In this document: positions 9,595 through 21,534 of the stretch, piece by piece
How positions within the stretch are numbered: the first letter of the stretch is position 1
How the letters are laid out: each line of letters starts with the position of its first letter
NCBI RefSeq assembly: GCF_004010195.1
Contig: NC_057752.1
Span: 2,605,412 to 2,643,325, forward strand
DNA length: 37,914 nt
Direction: 5' to 3'
DNA from: Chiloscyllium plagiosum
Taxonomy: Eukaryota
Notes under the pieces: generated by a model
Told to the model about the DNA's origin: nothing
What the model saw: the letters and a program-made list of their open reading frames with translations, nothing else
The model's database searches: none
Position numbers and translations under genes: made by a program

Positions 9595-10445
9595 AAAAGT
9601 GAGGTGATGCATTTTGGGAGGTCTAACAGGGCAGGGGATATTTAATGTGGGATCAGAAGGATCTTGATATGTATGTTCACAGATCCTCGAAGGCAGCAGG
9701 ACAGGATAATAAGACAGTTAAGGTGGCATATGGGATACTTTTATTTGTCAAGGCACTGAATCCAAGAGCAAGGAGGTTATGATGGATCTGTATATAATGC
9801 TAGTTAGGCTGCAGCTGGAGTATCGTCTGCAGTTCTGGTCACTGTGCTATAGGAAGGAGGTGATTCACTGGGGTGGAACGTTTCAGCTCTGAAGGAAAAC
9901 TAGATTGGCTGGGGTTGTTTTCCTTAGAGCAGAGAAGGTTTAGAGGGGTATCTGACTGAGGTGTAGCAAGTTGAGGGGCATAGATAGGGAAAAGCTTATC
10001 CCGTTAGAGAGATAAATAACTAGGGGGCACAGTTTTAAGGTAAGGATAATGGGATTTGGGAAAAGTAAAATGCACCCAGAAGGACTTGGATATCTCCAAT
10101 TAATTGCCTGAAAGTGTGATGGATGCAGGAACTCTTTAAACATTCCTTAAATGTCTTGAGTTCTAAGGGTGATGCTGGATGATGTTAAAGAGATGGAAAT
10201 AAGCATCCTCATGATTGGGACAAATGAGTTTTTTTGAAGTGATCTTCTTCAGGGAGCTAGCTTCCTGATTAACATCCATGGTATGCTGCTCTATCTAGTG
10301 AGTTTAAAAAAGTATTTAGGTGACCATTTGAAAATCATCACATACAAGGCTCCAGGTTGAGTGCTGGAAAATGGGACTCTAATAGATAGATAGATGTTTG
10401 ATGACAATGGGCCGAAGAGCCTCTTTCTGTGTTCTACAAACTCTT
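9595..10445 (+). mobile_element. CR1-like LINE 3' fragment, degenerate, with about 160 bp unrelated insert (10145-10300)
   Basis: gtgaggtgatgcattttgggagg...cagctggagtat...ttctggtcac...agaaggtttagagggg...gggccgaagagcctctttctgtg. Confidence 0.8.
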
Positions 10446-11078
10446 TGCCTGTCCGAAGCCTGGATCAATTTTAAATTGGACACAGTTGATGGCTTGGAGG
10501 GAGCTTCAAAAGACGTGCATAAATATGGTTTGTTCAGGGGGGAGAAATGAAGAGTGGTTCATGAATGCTTTGAAAGGATGGTGTTTCTTTTTTTTAAAAG
10601 GGCCCACTCGTTGGCCTGCTGGGGGGGGCGGCTGGCACTGAAAGTTGCTGATTGAGCTGTCGTTGTTGTGTGCATTGTGTGGGCCGTGTAACAGACAAGC
10701 AAGCACGCACAGAAAACCTTTTAGTGATCGTTCAGCTGTAAAAGGCCGAGGATAATCACAGCACAAAAACTAACAACTGCTCGTGTCAAAGGTTAGCGCA
10801 GACAAAGGACACCCTTGAAAACCCCAAGTGACCCCGGTTGTAGAAACAGGAAATAGTCCATGGCCTCTGCTGTTTGTTTAACATTGGTCTGGTGATCCCT
10901 TACCACTGGAACCTTTTAATTACCCTCTCCTTCGAAAAGAAAGAGTTGCCCAATTAAAGGGGCACTGACTTTGTACAAAAATAATATCTCCAAACATGCT
11001 TCTATAAAGGCAGGCAATCAGCATGATTCTCCGCCTTTTTTTGTTCCAAACATAAAAGAACTTGTCAAACTCCCTCCT

Positions 11079-11100
11079 CCCCCCCCCCCCCCCCCCCCCC
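11079..11100 (+). repeat. Poly-C tract (22 nt)
   Basis: Seen directly. Confidence 0.95.
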
Positions 11101-11559
11101 AACCATCCCGATTTGCAGCTCCCCTTTAAGTGAAGCATCAGTACTGGGTTAAATATTATACCTACTTTGAGAATTAATTTGCATCTGAGTTTGTCACCTG
11201 GAAGGGAATTTCTTGATCATTATTAAAAGCTGGATGTGGAAACCTTCTTAGTGTTCCCAAATCCAATTTGTAAGAGACCAACATTGTTCAATCAGTGGGT
11301 GAATGTAAATGCTCAGTCAGGTTTGTTTCTTCTCTTCCATTGACACTAACTTGAATACTGTGTAACGAATAAAAACAAACTGCACACTATTACACAATTC
11401 AAGATATCCTTGTTGATCTTTAGCAGACAATGGCACAGAATTCTGCAAGTAGATGCCTGGGATTTACGTTTACTTAATAAACCCATCCACCAGCATACAA
11501 AGAAATAGCTTGGAATGCTGCAGGATTCGAAGCCCACTTTCTGGAAGTGTGTGAGTGTG

Positions 11560-11920
11560 ATTTTTAGAATGAGAAGTGACCTGGCTGAAACAGATATGAT
11601 TCTTAGCGGCCTTGACAGAGGACATGAGGAGAGGTCATTTCTCCCTTGTGGGAGAATATCAGATTATCTCAAAATAAGGGGTCGCCCATTTAAGACAGAT
11701 GAGGAATTTCTCCTATCTGGGGGTAATGAATCTGTGGAATTCTTTACCGCAAAGGGCCCTTGAGGGTGGGTCATTAAGTATATTCAAGACTGAGGTAGGT
11801 GTTGAATCAGGAAGGGAATCCAAGGTTATGGAGAACAGGCAGAAAAGTGGGATTGAAGATCATTAGATCAGCCATGATCTCATTGAATGGTGGAGCATTC
11901 TGCTCCTGTGCGTTATGGTC
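11560..11920 (+). mobile_element. CR1-like LINE 3' end
   Basis: FRMRSDLAETDMILSGLDR...LKIRGRPFKT then the tail cagccatgatctcattgaatggtggagca. Confidence 0.85.
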
Positions 11921-12304
11921 CAGACTAGCACGTCGTTGCAGTCTGTCAGGGCTTTGAACCTGCATTCCCTCTGATTTTCTTACTGTCTGCATAAGCCACT
12001 GGGGGTCCGTGACAGTAACTTCCAGAATTGGATGTCAGTGCTACTATTGGTGTTCTTGACACTGATCAACATTGGAGTGGCTGCGCACGTGCCCAGCTGC
12101 ATCGCTTGGTTGGGGGAGGGGTGGGGTGAGGCAGCATTGCTCCTTTGAAGAGATAGCTCTTCTTAATAACATGGTCACAACATGTGTCAAATTGCTCTTG
12201 TTCCTCTTCCAGGTTTAAGCCAATGCAAAAGAAGGCCATCCTGCCCATCAAACTCCTATTTGCTCTCTTGTAGAGCAGTCCACTCCGTTCATTCCCCACT
12301 CTGT

Positions 12305-12615
12305 GTGGAGGCGATGACCTAGTGGTATTATCATTAGACCATTCATCCAAGATCCACGTAATGTTCTGAGGGACCGGAGTCTGAATCCTGCCAGCAGATG
12401 GTGGAATTTTAATTAAAAATCTGGATTATTTGTCTAATGATGACCATGAAACTGTTGGGGCGGGGGGGAATAACCCACTTGATTCACAAATGCTCTTCAG
12501 GGAAGGAAATCTGCTGTCCTTATCTGGTATGGCCTACACATGAATCCAAATGTACAATGATATGGTTGACTCTTAACTGCTCTCTGGGCAATATATGGTA
12601 GTCCAGCTAGCACCG
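12305..12615 (+). mobile_element. Family A tRNA-SINE
   Basis: Matches the family A head and body. Confidence 0.8.
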
Positions 12616-12929
12616 TGCAGCCTCCCACCACCATACTGTTGGCCCAGAACCGGTCTCTGAATACTGTCTGCTTGCCCTATGCCATCAGTGAATGGGACTG
12701 CCTTTCTTTGCTTACTCTTACAAAGCTGAAACTAAGGGAGTTCTGCCTCTTGGAAACACCACCGTCCACTCTTGTGGTTGGCAGGGTGTTCAACTTCCCA
12801 TAGCAACCATTTGATAGGGAGTTTGAGAAATTCTCTTGTGGTCCCAGCCTTGCGACCTTAGCCACCACCAGCACATACTGGTCAGACATTCTGGGGGGGC
12901 ACAGAAAATAGGATGGGTACCCAGCCTCA

Positions 12930-13222
12930 TCATAGAATCCCTACAGTGTGGAAGCAGGCCATTCGGCCCATCAAGTTGTTTTCGATCATCTGAAGAGCCA
13001 CCCACACCCACCCCATCACCCTGCATTTCCCATGGTTAACCCACCTAGCCTGCACATCATGGGGCAATTTAGCACGTCCAATCCACCTAACCCGCACATC
13101 TTTGGACCGTGGGATGAAAGCCAAAACACCCAGAGCAAACCCGTACAGACGGTCACCTGAGGCTGGGATTGAACTCTGGTGCTGTGAGGCAGCAGTGCTA
13201 ACCACTGAACCAACATGCCACC
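12930..13222 (-). mobile_element. HE1-like V-SINE (family B)
   Basis: rc ggtggcatgttggttcagtggttagcactgctgcctcacagcacc...ccaaagatgtgcgggttaggtggattgg with a CR1-like tail. Confidence 0.85.
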
Positions 13223-13605
13223 ATAATGTGCTTGTAGTTTTCTAAGTATTAGCTCCAAAGAATCCATTTCTTATTGAGACAATTAGCCAAACCTTACCTG
13301 TCCCATAACTCTCAACTTGGCTCACGCCAGAGAGCCATTGGTTATAATGCCCTGCCCATTACTGCCCTCAGGCTGTGAGGTAGGTTTTTCCTCAAGTCTG
13401 TGGGTAGGCTGCTGACTTTCCTTGGAGAGGCAGTTTAATTCTGCCCTTCCTCACCACCCCCACCAAAAATATTCTGTCCTTCTGAGTGCCCCTCTAAAGC
13501 AGGGGAGAAAATATCCCATACAAACCAGAATGGATGAGATACATGTTCTGAGAGAAACTAATTCTGAGGGAGGATAGAATAAAGGCAGATGAGACCACAT
13601 TTTGT

Positions 13606-13640
13606 GGGGGGACGGGGTGGGACGGGGGACGGGGGGGGGG
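13606..13640 (+). repeat. G-rich (GGGGAC-like) tract, potential G-quadruplex
   Basis: ggggggacggggtgggacgggggacgggggggggg has five G-runs. Confidence 0.7.
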
Positions 13641-14199
13641 AGGAGAAAAGAAAACTCTCTTCCACCGAGCTGCTTTTCTCCTTCAAAAGGGTTGGTGTAC
13701 TTTATCTGCTTGGAATGTTTTGAATGATGCTATGCTGTGAAGGTCAGGTTATAAAACACCCGAGTGTAAAATCAGGTGCTCCATTTAACAGTGCTTCCTA
13801 CGCAGCGAGACAAAGCAACATGTGAGGAGAACGTAGACAAAATAGATTGTCTATACAGCCTACTTCCTTGTGTTTTGCTGTTTCACCGTTGTCCTCACTA
13901 TTTGTTCTCTCCCAACTACCATCAAAACAAGATTCTCTGGCTATTACCATAGCGCTATTTGAGAGCGCTTTCTGTGCACAAATTGGCTGTCAGCTTTGTA
14001 ACATTGCTACATTGACTATGCTTAAAAAAAAACCCTCTTACACTCTAAAGTGCGTTGTGGGTGTCTTAAGGTGGTGCATCTGCTTAACGTGGGCAATGTG
14101 GGCCATGTCTGGCATGCCAGTTTGGTTCCATCTGCCTCGGGTCATTTATTTGGAAGCAGGTTAGGACCTTGGAAGAGCTCCCAGGATCCAACTGCCTGT

Positions 14200-15142
14200 C
14201 TCCATAAAAGAAAATACGAGGTTGGAAGAATAGAAGTGCTGAATATTATTCAAATGGGGAAGACTGCAGAAAGCTACAGAATTGCCCATAGTGTTCAGGG
14301 ATATGTAGGTTAGGTGCATTAGACATGGGAAATGCAGGGCTACAGGGAAAAGGTAGGGGGAAATGGATCTGGGTGGGATGCTCTTCGGAGATTTGGTGTG
14401 GATTTGTTGGGCCAAATGGCCTGTTTCCACACTGTGAAGGGGTTCTCTGAGAGAACACAGTGACTTGGGAGTCCTCATCACGAATTGCAATAAACTAGCA
14501 TCCAAATTCTGCAGGTAGTAGGAAAGGCAAATGGAATGTTGGTCTTTCTTTCCAAGGGAATGGAGTATAAAAATTGGGAGAATTTGCTAAAATTATACAA
14601 AGTACTAGTCAGGCCACAGCTGGAATACTATGAACAGTTTTGGGCCCTTTATCCAAGGAAAGATAGACTGGCATCACAGGCGGTCCAGAGAAGGTTCATT
14701 TGGCTGTTACCAAGTATGGAGAGACTGTCTTATGAGGAGAGGTTGAGTAGGTTAGGCCTGTACTCACGAGTTTAGAAAAATGAGAGGTGACCTTATTGAA
14801 ATCCAAGATTCTTGGGGGAGTTGACAGGTTAGATGTGGAGAGGTTGTTTCCCCTTGTGAGTGTGTCTAGGAACAGAGGGCATCATCTCAGAATAAGGGGT
14901 CGCCCATTTAAGATTGAGATGAGGAGGAATTTCTTCTAAGGATTGTGAATCTGTGGAAATGTTTACTGCAGAGGGCTGTTGAGGCTGAGTCATTGATTGT
15001 ATTCAAGGCTGAGAGATTTTGTTTTACTTAGTAAGGGATTGGAGAGTCATGGAGTAAAGACAGGAAAGTGGAGTAGATCTCATTGAAAGGTGGAGCAGAC
15101 TCGATAGACTGAATGGTCTACTCCTACGTCTTATGGTCTAAC
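14200..15142 (+). mobile_element. CR1-like LINE 3' fragment interrupted by an HE1 3' half
   Basis: MLVFLSKGMEYKN...LYKVLVRPQLEYYEQFWALY...[27 protein letters not shown]; ends cctacgtcttatggtct. Confidence 0.92.
14279..14437 (+). mobile_element. HE1-like SINE, 5'-truncated
   Basis: aattgcccatagtgttcagggatatgtaggttaggtgcattag...gggccaaatggcctgtttccacactgt is the rc of 16245-16400. Confidence 0.8.
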
Positions 15143-16245
15143 CTATGGAGTCTCCTGTTGCTAGAGAGACTGCAGCACGTTGAGGTCTTTCCTGACTACT
15201 TAGCCACTGCTGCAGCTGCAGGCTGCCCAGTGGAGGGATGGGGGTGTTCCACTGTACAGTGACGTTTCAGTAATGAGACAAATTTTTAAATTTAAGACTT
15301 TGATACATTACGAAGAGGTTATCTCAAGATGGAGGCCCTGCACCTTCCTCCCCTGCTGAGGGTGTGTCTTGTAATGAAGGTTACCTCTCACCCTGGCCAA
15401 TGGTGTCTCAAAATGGAGGCCCTCTTGGGCAAGTCTCAAGATGGAGGCACCCATCTCTCTGTCTTACCTGAACTTCATGCTGTTGGTTCTTCAAGCTGGA
15501 GAGCCTCCTATTGGCCCCATACTCAAGAGCCTGTCCACTACCTTTAACAGGATGGTGCGCCAGGCCTCTGGCCATTTATTGCTAGGTGACTGATCCTGAT
15601 AAGTTGGTAGTGCCAACGTGCGTGATCACAGAGGCTTCAGGAAGCTCCCGATTATATTCTGCCATCCACCTGATTGAATTTTGTTTATTCTTTTCCACTG
15701 CTATACCTACCTCCCTGTCCATGCTAATCATCCTCCCTATTTAAACAGTGAGACATGTCAACAAGATCGCTTTCTACAATCAAAACAGCAAAAAGTCTCC
15801 CAATCACCTTTTGTAATCTCTGTAATGCCTATTTTTTGGCCATTGCTGATTCTTATGAATATTTTAAGTGAGAGCTAAATGTCGATGCCTTCACGGGGAT
15901 CGATCGACCTGCTGAACGTTAAATTTACAGCTGGAACGATGCTGGATTAACCTTGAGTTGCTCGGTATCGTGTCATTCCAGTTCGATTGTATTTTGTGCA
16001 ATGAAACACATCCAGCCGGTCACTTTCTGAACTGTCTCCTCCTTAATGAGGGTCCGGTCAAGTCAAGAATGATTATCTGAGCTCAAATGACCGACTGCCT
16101 TGAAAGTTCAAGCCTAATCTGGTTGGAGTTTGAGCAGGGCCTTTCCCACAGTGACTTGTCTCCTGTGGTTTGTGGAACCCTGCTTTTGTGAATGCTTTGA
16201 CTTCAAAGCTTTTGGCAAGGTTTGGAACAAAGTATTTGAACTCCA

Positions 16246-16558
16246 AGAATCCCTACAGTGTGGAAACATGCCATTTGGCCCTTTGAGTCCATACTGCCTT
16301 TCTGAAGAGCATCCCACCTAGACCCTCCCTATCCCTGTAATCCTGCATTTGCCATGGCTAATCCACCTAACCTACACATCCCTGAACACTATGGACAATT
16401 TAGCATGGCCAATCCACCTAACCTGCACATCTTTGGACTGTGGGAGGAAACCCATGCAGACACAGGGAGAATGTGCAGTTGCCTGAGGGTGGAATCAAAC
16501 TTGGGGTCCTTGATGCTGTGAGGCAGCAGTGCTAACCACTGAGCTACTATGCCACCCT
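16246..16558 (-). mobile_element. HE1-like V-SINE
   Basis: Full-length rc copy: tgctgtgaggcagcagtgctaaccactgagc head and cacatctttggactgtgggaggaaacc central domain. Confidence 0.88.
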
Positions 16559-16854
16559 CAAATGACTAATTAATTCTTTCTGCCAAAGTAGTGTTCCCAC
16601 TTAATTTAACTTCCCTCATTGGCTTATGCCTCAATCTCATTTTCCACTGGTTCAGTTGCCCCTAAGTTCAATTTTTCTCCAGCACACTGCCCTCATCCAA
16701 TTGATATACAACACCATCCACTCTTCAGTTCCTGATTCCACGTCACACTCTCAAATATCCTGCAAATAGCTTTGGACACAGCTGCCAAAGGAAAGCCTTG
16801 AAATGAGCAAACTGAGCTACTGAATCATAGTTGGTATTCATATAATAATGGCAT

Positions 16855-17030
16855 AGGGCTGTTCTCTCATTCGAGGGAAATGACCGGGGGGTCACTGCGC
16901 CTCAGGCAAGGGGAAAGGTTGAGAAGGAGAATCCTTTATGGTAATCTCAGCCAGTGTGTGAATTAAACCCATGCTGTTGACGTCACTCTGCATCATAAAT
17001 CAGCAGTCTAGTCAACTTAGCAAACCAACT
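16855..17030 (-). mobile_element. tRNA-derived SINE (family C)
   Basis: Homologous to 8190-8360. Confidence 0.65.
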
Positions 17031-17034
17031 CCAA

Positions 17035-17640
17035 AGGTAATAAGGTGGTCAAAAAGAATTAGGGCATTTATCCCTGAATGAATGGAGTATAAAGAAGGAA
17101 AAACTTGTTGCAACTGCAGTTTATTGGTGAGACCAAATCTGGAGTTCTGTGTACAGTCTTGCTGTCCTTACTTGAGGAACTGTATTCAAGGTGAAGGTTC
17201 ACTAGATTGATTCCAGAAATGAGAGGCTTGACTTTTGAAGAGAGATTGAGCATTTTAGACCTTTACTCCCTGGAGTTTAGAAGAATGAGAGGAGATCTAA
17301 CTGAGGTCTATAAAATGCTAAAGGCGATTGACAGAGGATGTTTCCTTATGTGGGGCAACCTAAAACAAGAGGTAATAGTTTTAGGATAAGGGGAAGCAAA
17401 TTTAAAACAGATGAGAATTTTCTTCTCTGAAAGGGTCATGAATCTCTGGAATTCACTGCCCCAGAGTGTGATGGATGCCAGGACATTGAATAAATTCAAG
17501 CAAGAGACCGATTTTTAATGAGTAACATGTTGGAAGGGTTATGGAAAATGGGCAGGAAAGTGGAGATGAGATCAGCTATGATTTGTATTATATGGGGGAG
17601 CAGGAACAAGGGGCTGAATGGCCTACTCCTGCTCCCAGTT
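17035..17640 (+). mobile_element. CR1-like LINE 3' fragment
   Basis: IPEMRGLTFEERLSILDLYSLEFRRMRGDLTEVYKMLK. Confidence 0.9.
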
Positions 17641-17719
17641 CTCAGGTTCTGTTTGAGATGAAGTTCCTCATCTTGGGAGCTTAATGAAAACTGGATCAAA
17701 CTAGTAAAGAAAGGGAATG

Positions 17720-18060
17720 GGAATGATAAGGGGAGCAGATTTTATTTAGATGCAGTACATTAGTGTTATTAGACATAAGTGCGTACCTCATGTATTAATT
17801 ACTTCCTCCCTCTCACTGGCTCCCTGCGAGTTTATCAAACTGGTTCGGGTGAAGAAAGTTTCTGATTTTGTATGTACGCCAACGGTTTAAGAAAATGGGG
17901 GCCAGAAAGTGAAGCTGATAAAGTGATAGGAAACCTCCAGTGCAACATTGTGCCACCTATCAGACTGACATTTCTATCACAAATAGCAATCAGTGATTAC
18001 ATTAACGAGGCGGGTGTGGGACCATTAATTCTCTTGTCAGTTAAGATTTCTATCTGTCAG
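17720..18060. promoter_or_regulatory. Candidate enhancer: cluster of GATA sites plus a KLF site
   Basis: WGATAR at 17724, 17832, 17916, 17924, 17957, 17974 and 18050; GGGTGTGG at 18012, in non-repeat sequence. Confidence 0.4.
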
Positions 18061-18204
18061 CTTTCTGTCCCGAGATCAACAGAAGGCTGGCAGAGTCCCA
18101 ATTGATGATGATGCACCTCCATTCATTCGGTTCCCAGCAAACATGGTGCCAACACGACTGGTTGGAAGGTAGGGGCCAACCAGTGGCAGAGTCAACAAGA
18201 CAGT

Positions 18205-18528
18205 TCATAGAATTATAGAATCCCTGCAGTGTAGAAACGGGTTATTTGGCCCAACAAATCCACATTGACCATCTGAAGAATATCCCACCCAGACCTATTA
18301 CCCCTACCCTATTGCTCCACATTTCCCCTGACTAATGCACCTAGCCTAGGCATCCCTGAACACTACGGGCAATTTAGCTTGGCCAATTCACCTGACCTGC
18401 ACCTCTTTGGACTGTGGGAGGAAACTGGAGCACCCGGAGGAAACCCACACAGACAACCACCCAAGGCTGGAATCGAACTTTGGGTCCCTGGCACTGTGAA
18501 GTAGCAATGCTAACCACGGTTAGCCACC
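18205..18528 (-). mobile_element. HE1-like V-SINE
   Basis: ctttggactgtgggaggaaactggagcacccggaggaaacccacacagaca V-domain-like core; (catagaat) tail repeats. Confidence 0.88.
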
Positions 18529-18604
18529 CAGTTGTTTGTGGACCAGACGAGAAGAGAACAGCTATATTGGGTTGTTGGTGAGGGGATTGAATGGGACGAT
18601 AAAG

Positions 18605-18800
18605 AGAGAATATTATCTTCACAACTGGAGGACACCCCAAAGTGTTTTACAGTCCTGGGCACACTTTTCAAGTGTAGTCGCTATTGTCATGGAGCAACTG
18701 CTTTGCACACAGCAAGATCCCACAAACAGCAATGCGTCAATGGCCAGATCACCTGTTTTAGGCAACATTAGTTGAGGGATTAATAATGGCCAGGGTCCTG
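18605..18800 (-). mobile_element. Deu-domain SINE-like remnant
   Basis: tttgcacacagcaagatcccacaaacagcaatg...ttagttgagggattaataatggccagg. Confidence 0.55.
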
Positions 18801-19379
18801 GGAGAGCTCCATTGCTCCCCACCGTGGGATCCTTTTGGTGACAAAGCAGATGGGATTGGGGGGGGTTCATTGTTTAGCACCTCCTGTGAAGGTTGGGCAC
18901 TTCTGGTGGCACAGGAGTGTGGTGTGGGTAATTTGCTCCAAACTCTGCAGTGGAGTTGTGAACCCATTAAACCTTCTGATCTGTTGGGAGCAGTGCCAAC
19001 TGAGCCATTACACAGTGGGCTCTTGCACCTGTTGGCATTCACCACTGTAGCTGGCATAAGTGTTGTTTTGGCAGTGCTGCCATGTGAAATCTCACCCTTC
19101 TTTTCATAGACCAGTTGGATACAGTGACCGATCCCTGTGCTGTCAAAGTTGATTTGTGAGTGAGATTTACAGTCTTCCAGGTCCATTTGAAAGGAAAAAG
19201 ATTGGAGGAATCATCGCATTGTCAAACCTGGGTAACCGTTGACAACATCCTTTAGCTTCGGTGTCGGGTCTAGACTCCGTCAATTTATGTCTCAGAAAAG
19301 AACAGTGTAATCTTAAACTGTTCAATTACACTCCTTTTAAAACATCCCAGTGAACAGGAACAGCTTTCTATGCGGAAAG

Positions 19380-20430
19380 GAAAAGCTGACAGGAAACAAA
19401 GCAGGCATAAATGGGTCATTTTCTAGATGGGAAAATGTCATTAGTAATATGCCACAGGGATTGGTGCTGGGCCTCAACTGTTCATTTGTACAAATGCCTT
19501 GGGTGAAGGGACCGAAAGGCACGATTGCTAAGGTAGATAGGAACATAAATGTAAGGAGGGATGTAGATACATTAAGTGAGTCAGCAAAAATCTGGTAAAT
19601 AGGTATGTAGAAAAAAAATAAATTTGTCTATTTTAGCGGAGAGTAAAAATGAAGCATGTTATCTAAATGGGGAGAGGTTGCAGAGTGTTGAGATGCTCGC
19701 TGACTGCACATCCTTGATTCTCACCAGCAACTGCTCAGACCATTAGCTCTGAAGTCCCTCTCAAGACTTCTTTTGTGGAGTATCAACAAGCAATGGCAGT
19801 CACCTAGCAGTAGTATTGTTGAACTGAATCCAGACACCCAGCTGATGTTCTAGGGGGACAGGTTTGAATCCCACCACAGCAGAGATTTGAATTTGATAAA
19901 CATCTGGAATTAAGTCTAACAATGACCCTGAATCCGTTGTCAATTGTCAGGAAAAACTAATCTGGTTCACTAATGTCAGTTATACAAGGGTCTGGTGAGA
20001 CTCCATCTGGAGTACTGTGCACAGTATGGGTCATGTTATTTAAGGAAGGATCTGAATGTGTTCAACTTCACACAAGTAGTTCAAAGAAGGTTAACCAGAA
20101 TAATACCTGGAATGAGTGGATTCCTTTATGAGGAAAGGCTGGATGTGGAAAAGAAGTTTCCTCTTGTGGGAGAATCTAGAATGTGGGGTCACTGTCTAAA
20201 AATAAGGGAGTGCCTAATTTAAAATGGTGTCAGGGAGAATTTGTTTCTCTCAGAAGTTTGGGAGCTCTTTAGAATTCCCTTCTTCAAAAGGCAGTGCAAG
20301 CAGAGTCCTTGAATATATTTTTAAAGCAGAGGTATTTGATAAATGTTTGGGGGTGGGGGTGGGGGCGGAAGAGGGTGGTTGAAAGGTTATCAGAGGTGGT
20401 TGTGAATATGGAGTTATGATCTAGCTGAAT
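19380..20430 (+). mobile_element. Degenerate CR1 (RT C-terminal part to 3' end) interrupted by a family A SINE
   Basis: GINGSFSRWENVISNMPQGLVLG (PQG motif) and RLHLEYCAQYGSCYLRKD...RLTRIIPGMSGFLYEERLD. Confidence 0.82.
19790..19978 (+). mobile_element. Family A tRNA-SINE, 5' part
   Basis: ggtttgaatcccaccacagcaga...catctggaattaagtctaacaatgacc...tctggttcactaatgtc. Confidence 0.75.
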
Positions 20431-20604
20431 GGCATTCCGCATTCAAAACCGCTCACTGTGTCACGAGGTCATTTTTAATTTAAAAATACCACCTTTGCTT
20501 GCTTTGCCATTCTGCAGAATGTGTTGACTTGTTTTAGATTCAGTGGCGCAGCCTTTGGAAGATTCTGTCAATAAATCAGAAAGACCTGAGCAGTTTCGAG
20601 CAGA

Positions 20605-20925
20605 GTGGGAGAACCTTGAACCGGAGGTCAGAGTTCAAAATTAAGGGGGTGCCCATTTAAGTCAGAAATGAGGAAACCTACTTTTTCTCTGAGAGTTGAG
20701 TGTCTTTGGAATTCCCTTCTTCAAAAAGCAGTGGATGTAGAATCATTCAATATGTTTAAAGGCAGACGTAGATTCTTGATGACCAAGGGCATGAAAGATT
20801 ATCGGAGGATATGCAGGGATGTAGAGATGAGATTAAAATCCGATCAGCCAAAATCTTATTGAATGGTGGAACAGGCTCGAAGGGCTGAGTGGCCAACTCT
20901 TATTCCTTGTTTGTATGTTCATACG
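20605..20925 (+). mobile_element. CR1-like LINE 3' end
   Basis: MRKPTFSLRVECLWNSLLQKAVDVESFNMFK plus the tail. Confidence 0.85.
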
Positions 20926-21254
20926 GGTATGTGTCTATGGGGGAGCGGTGATCATAGAATATCAAGTTGAACTTGCTTGGGGTTTCCATTATCACTAAAG
21001 ACCAAGCTTCTTGATTTAAAGTTCAAAGAGAGGAGCGAGGAATTGAAACCGATAGATTGAAGGGAGATGTTTGTCCAATGGAAGTCAAGGAACATGTTGA
21101 AATGAGTGGAATAGGCTGAATGTGCAAGACCGCCCCAAACTCCAACTGAACAAGCATTCAGTGGGACAAATGTGAGAACACAGAAATGTGGTAAGAGGGA
21201 CAAGAGAGACCACTTTGACCTGTTGGGTTCCAAGATCTCACCCGATCCCCTTGA

Positions 21255-21478
21255 CGCGATCACTGCAGTTACAAAGTTCCACACCTGTAATACTGCCCCT
21301 GCTTCAACTCTTCGGCCGCTGAAACCCTCCTCAATGCCTCATTACACCCAGACTTGGCTGTCCTACCACATTCTGGCTGGTCTCCCACATTTTAACCTCC
21401 ATAACCTTGAGATCGTTCAAAACACTGCCGTCTGCATCTTAACTCCCAGTAAATTTCATTCTCCCAACACAATTGTTA
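21255..21478 (+). mobile_element. L2-like LINE remnant (post-RT region)
   Basis: LAGLPHFNLHNLEIVQNTAVCILT resembles the L2 LQxIQNxAARxLT motif. Confidence 0.6.
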
Positions 21479-21534
21479 TGGCACAGACGTGGTAGTTATT
21501 GAGAGTGCAGACTTGATGGGCTGAAGGGCGCTGC

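Noticed and set aside
19110..19155. Possible micro-exon (ttttcatag|ACCAG...GATTT|gtgagt)
   Set aside because: The frame compatible with the 1883 donor hits a stop, the donor context is weak and no homology was recognised.
18758..19186. Overlapping 142-aa and 107-aa ORFs
   Set aside because: No protein-like motifs, partly within a SINE remnant; likely chance.
20538..20640. Acceptor-like ttttag followed by open frames
   Set aside because: The downstream half is a CR1 3' fragment and there is no good donor.
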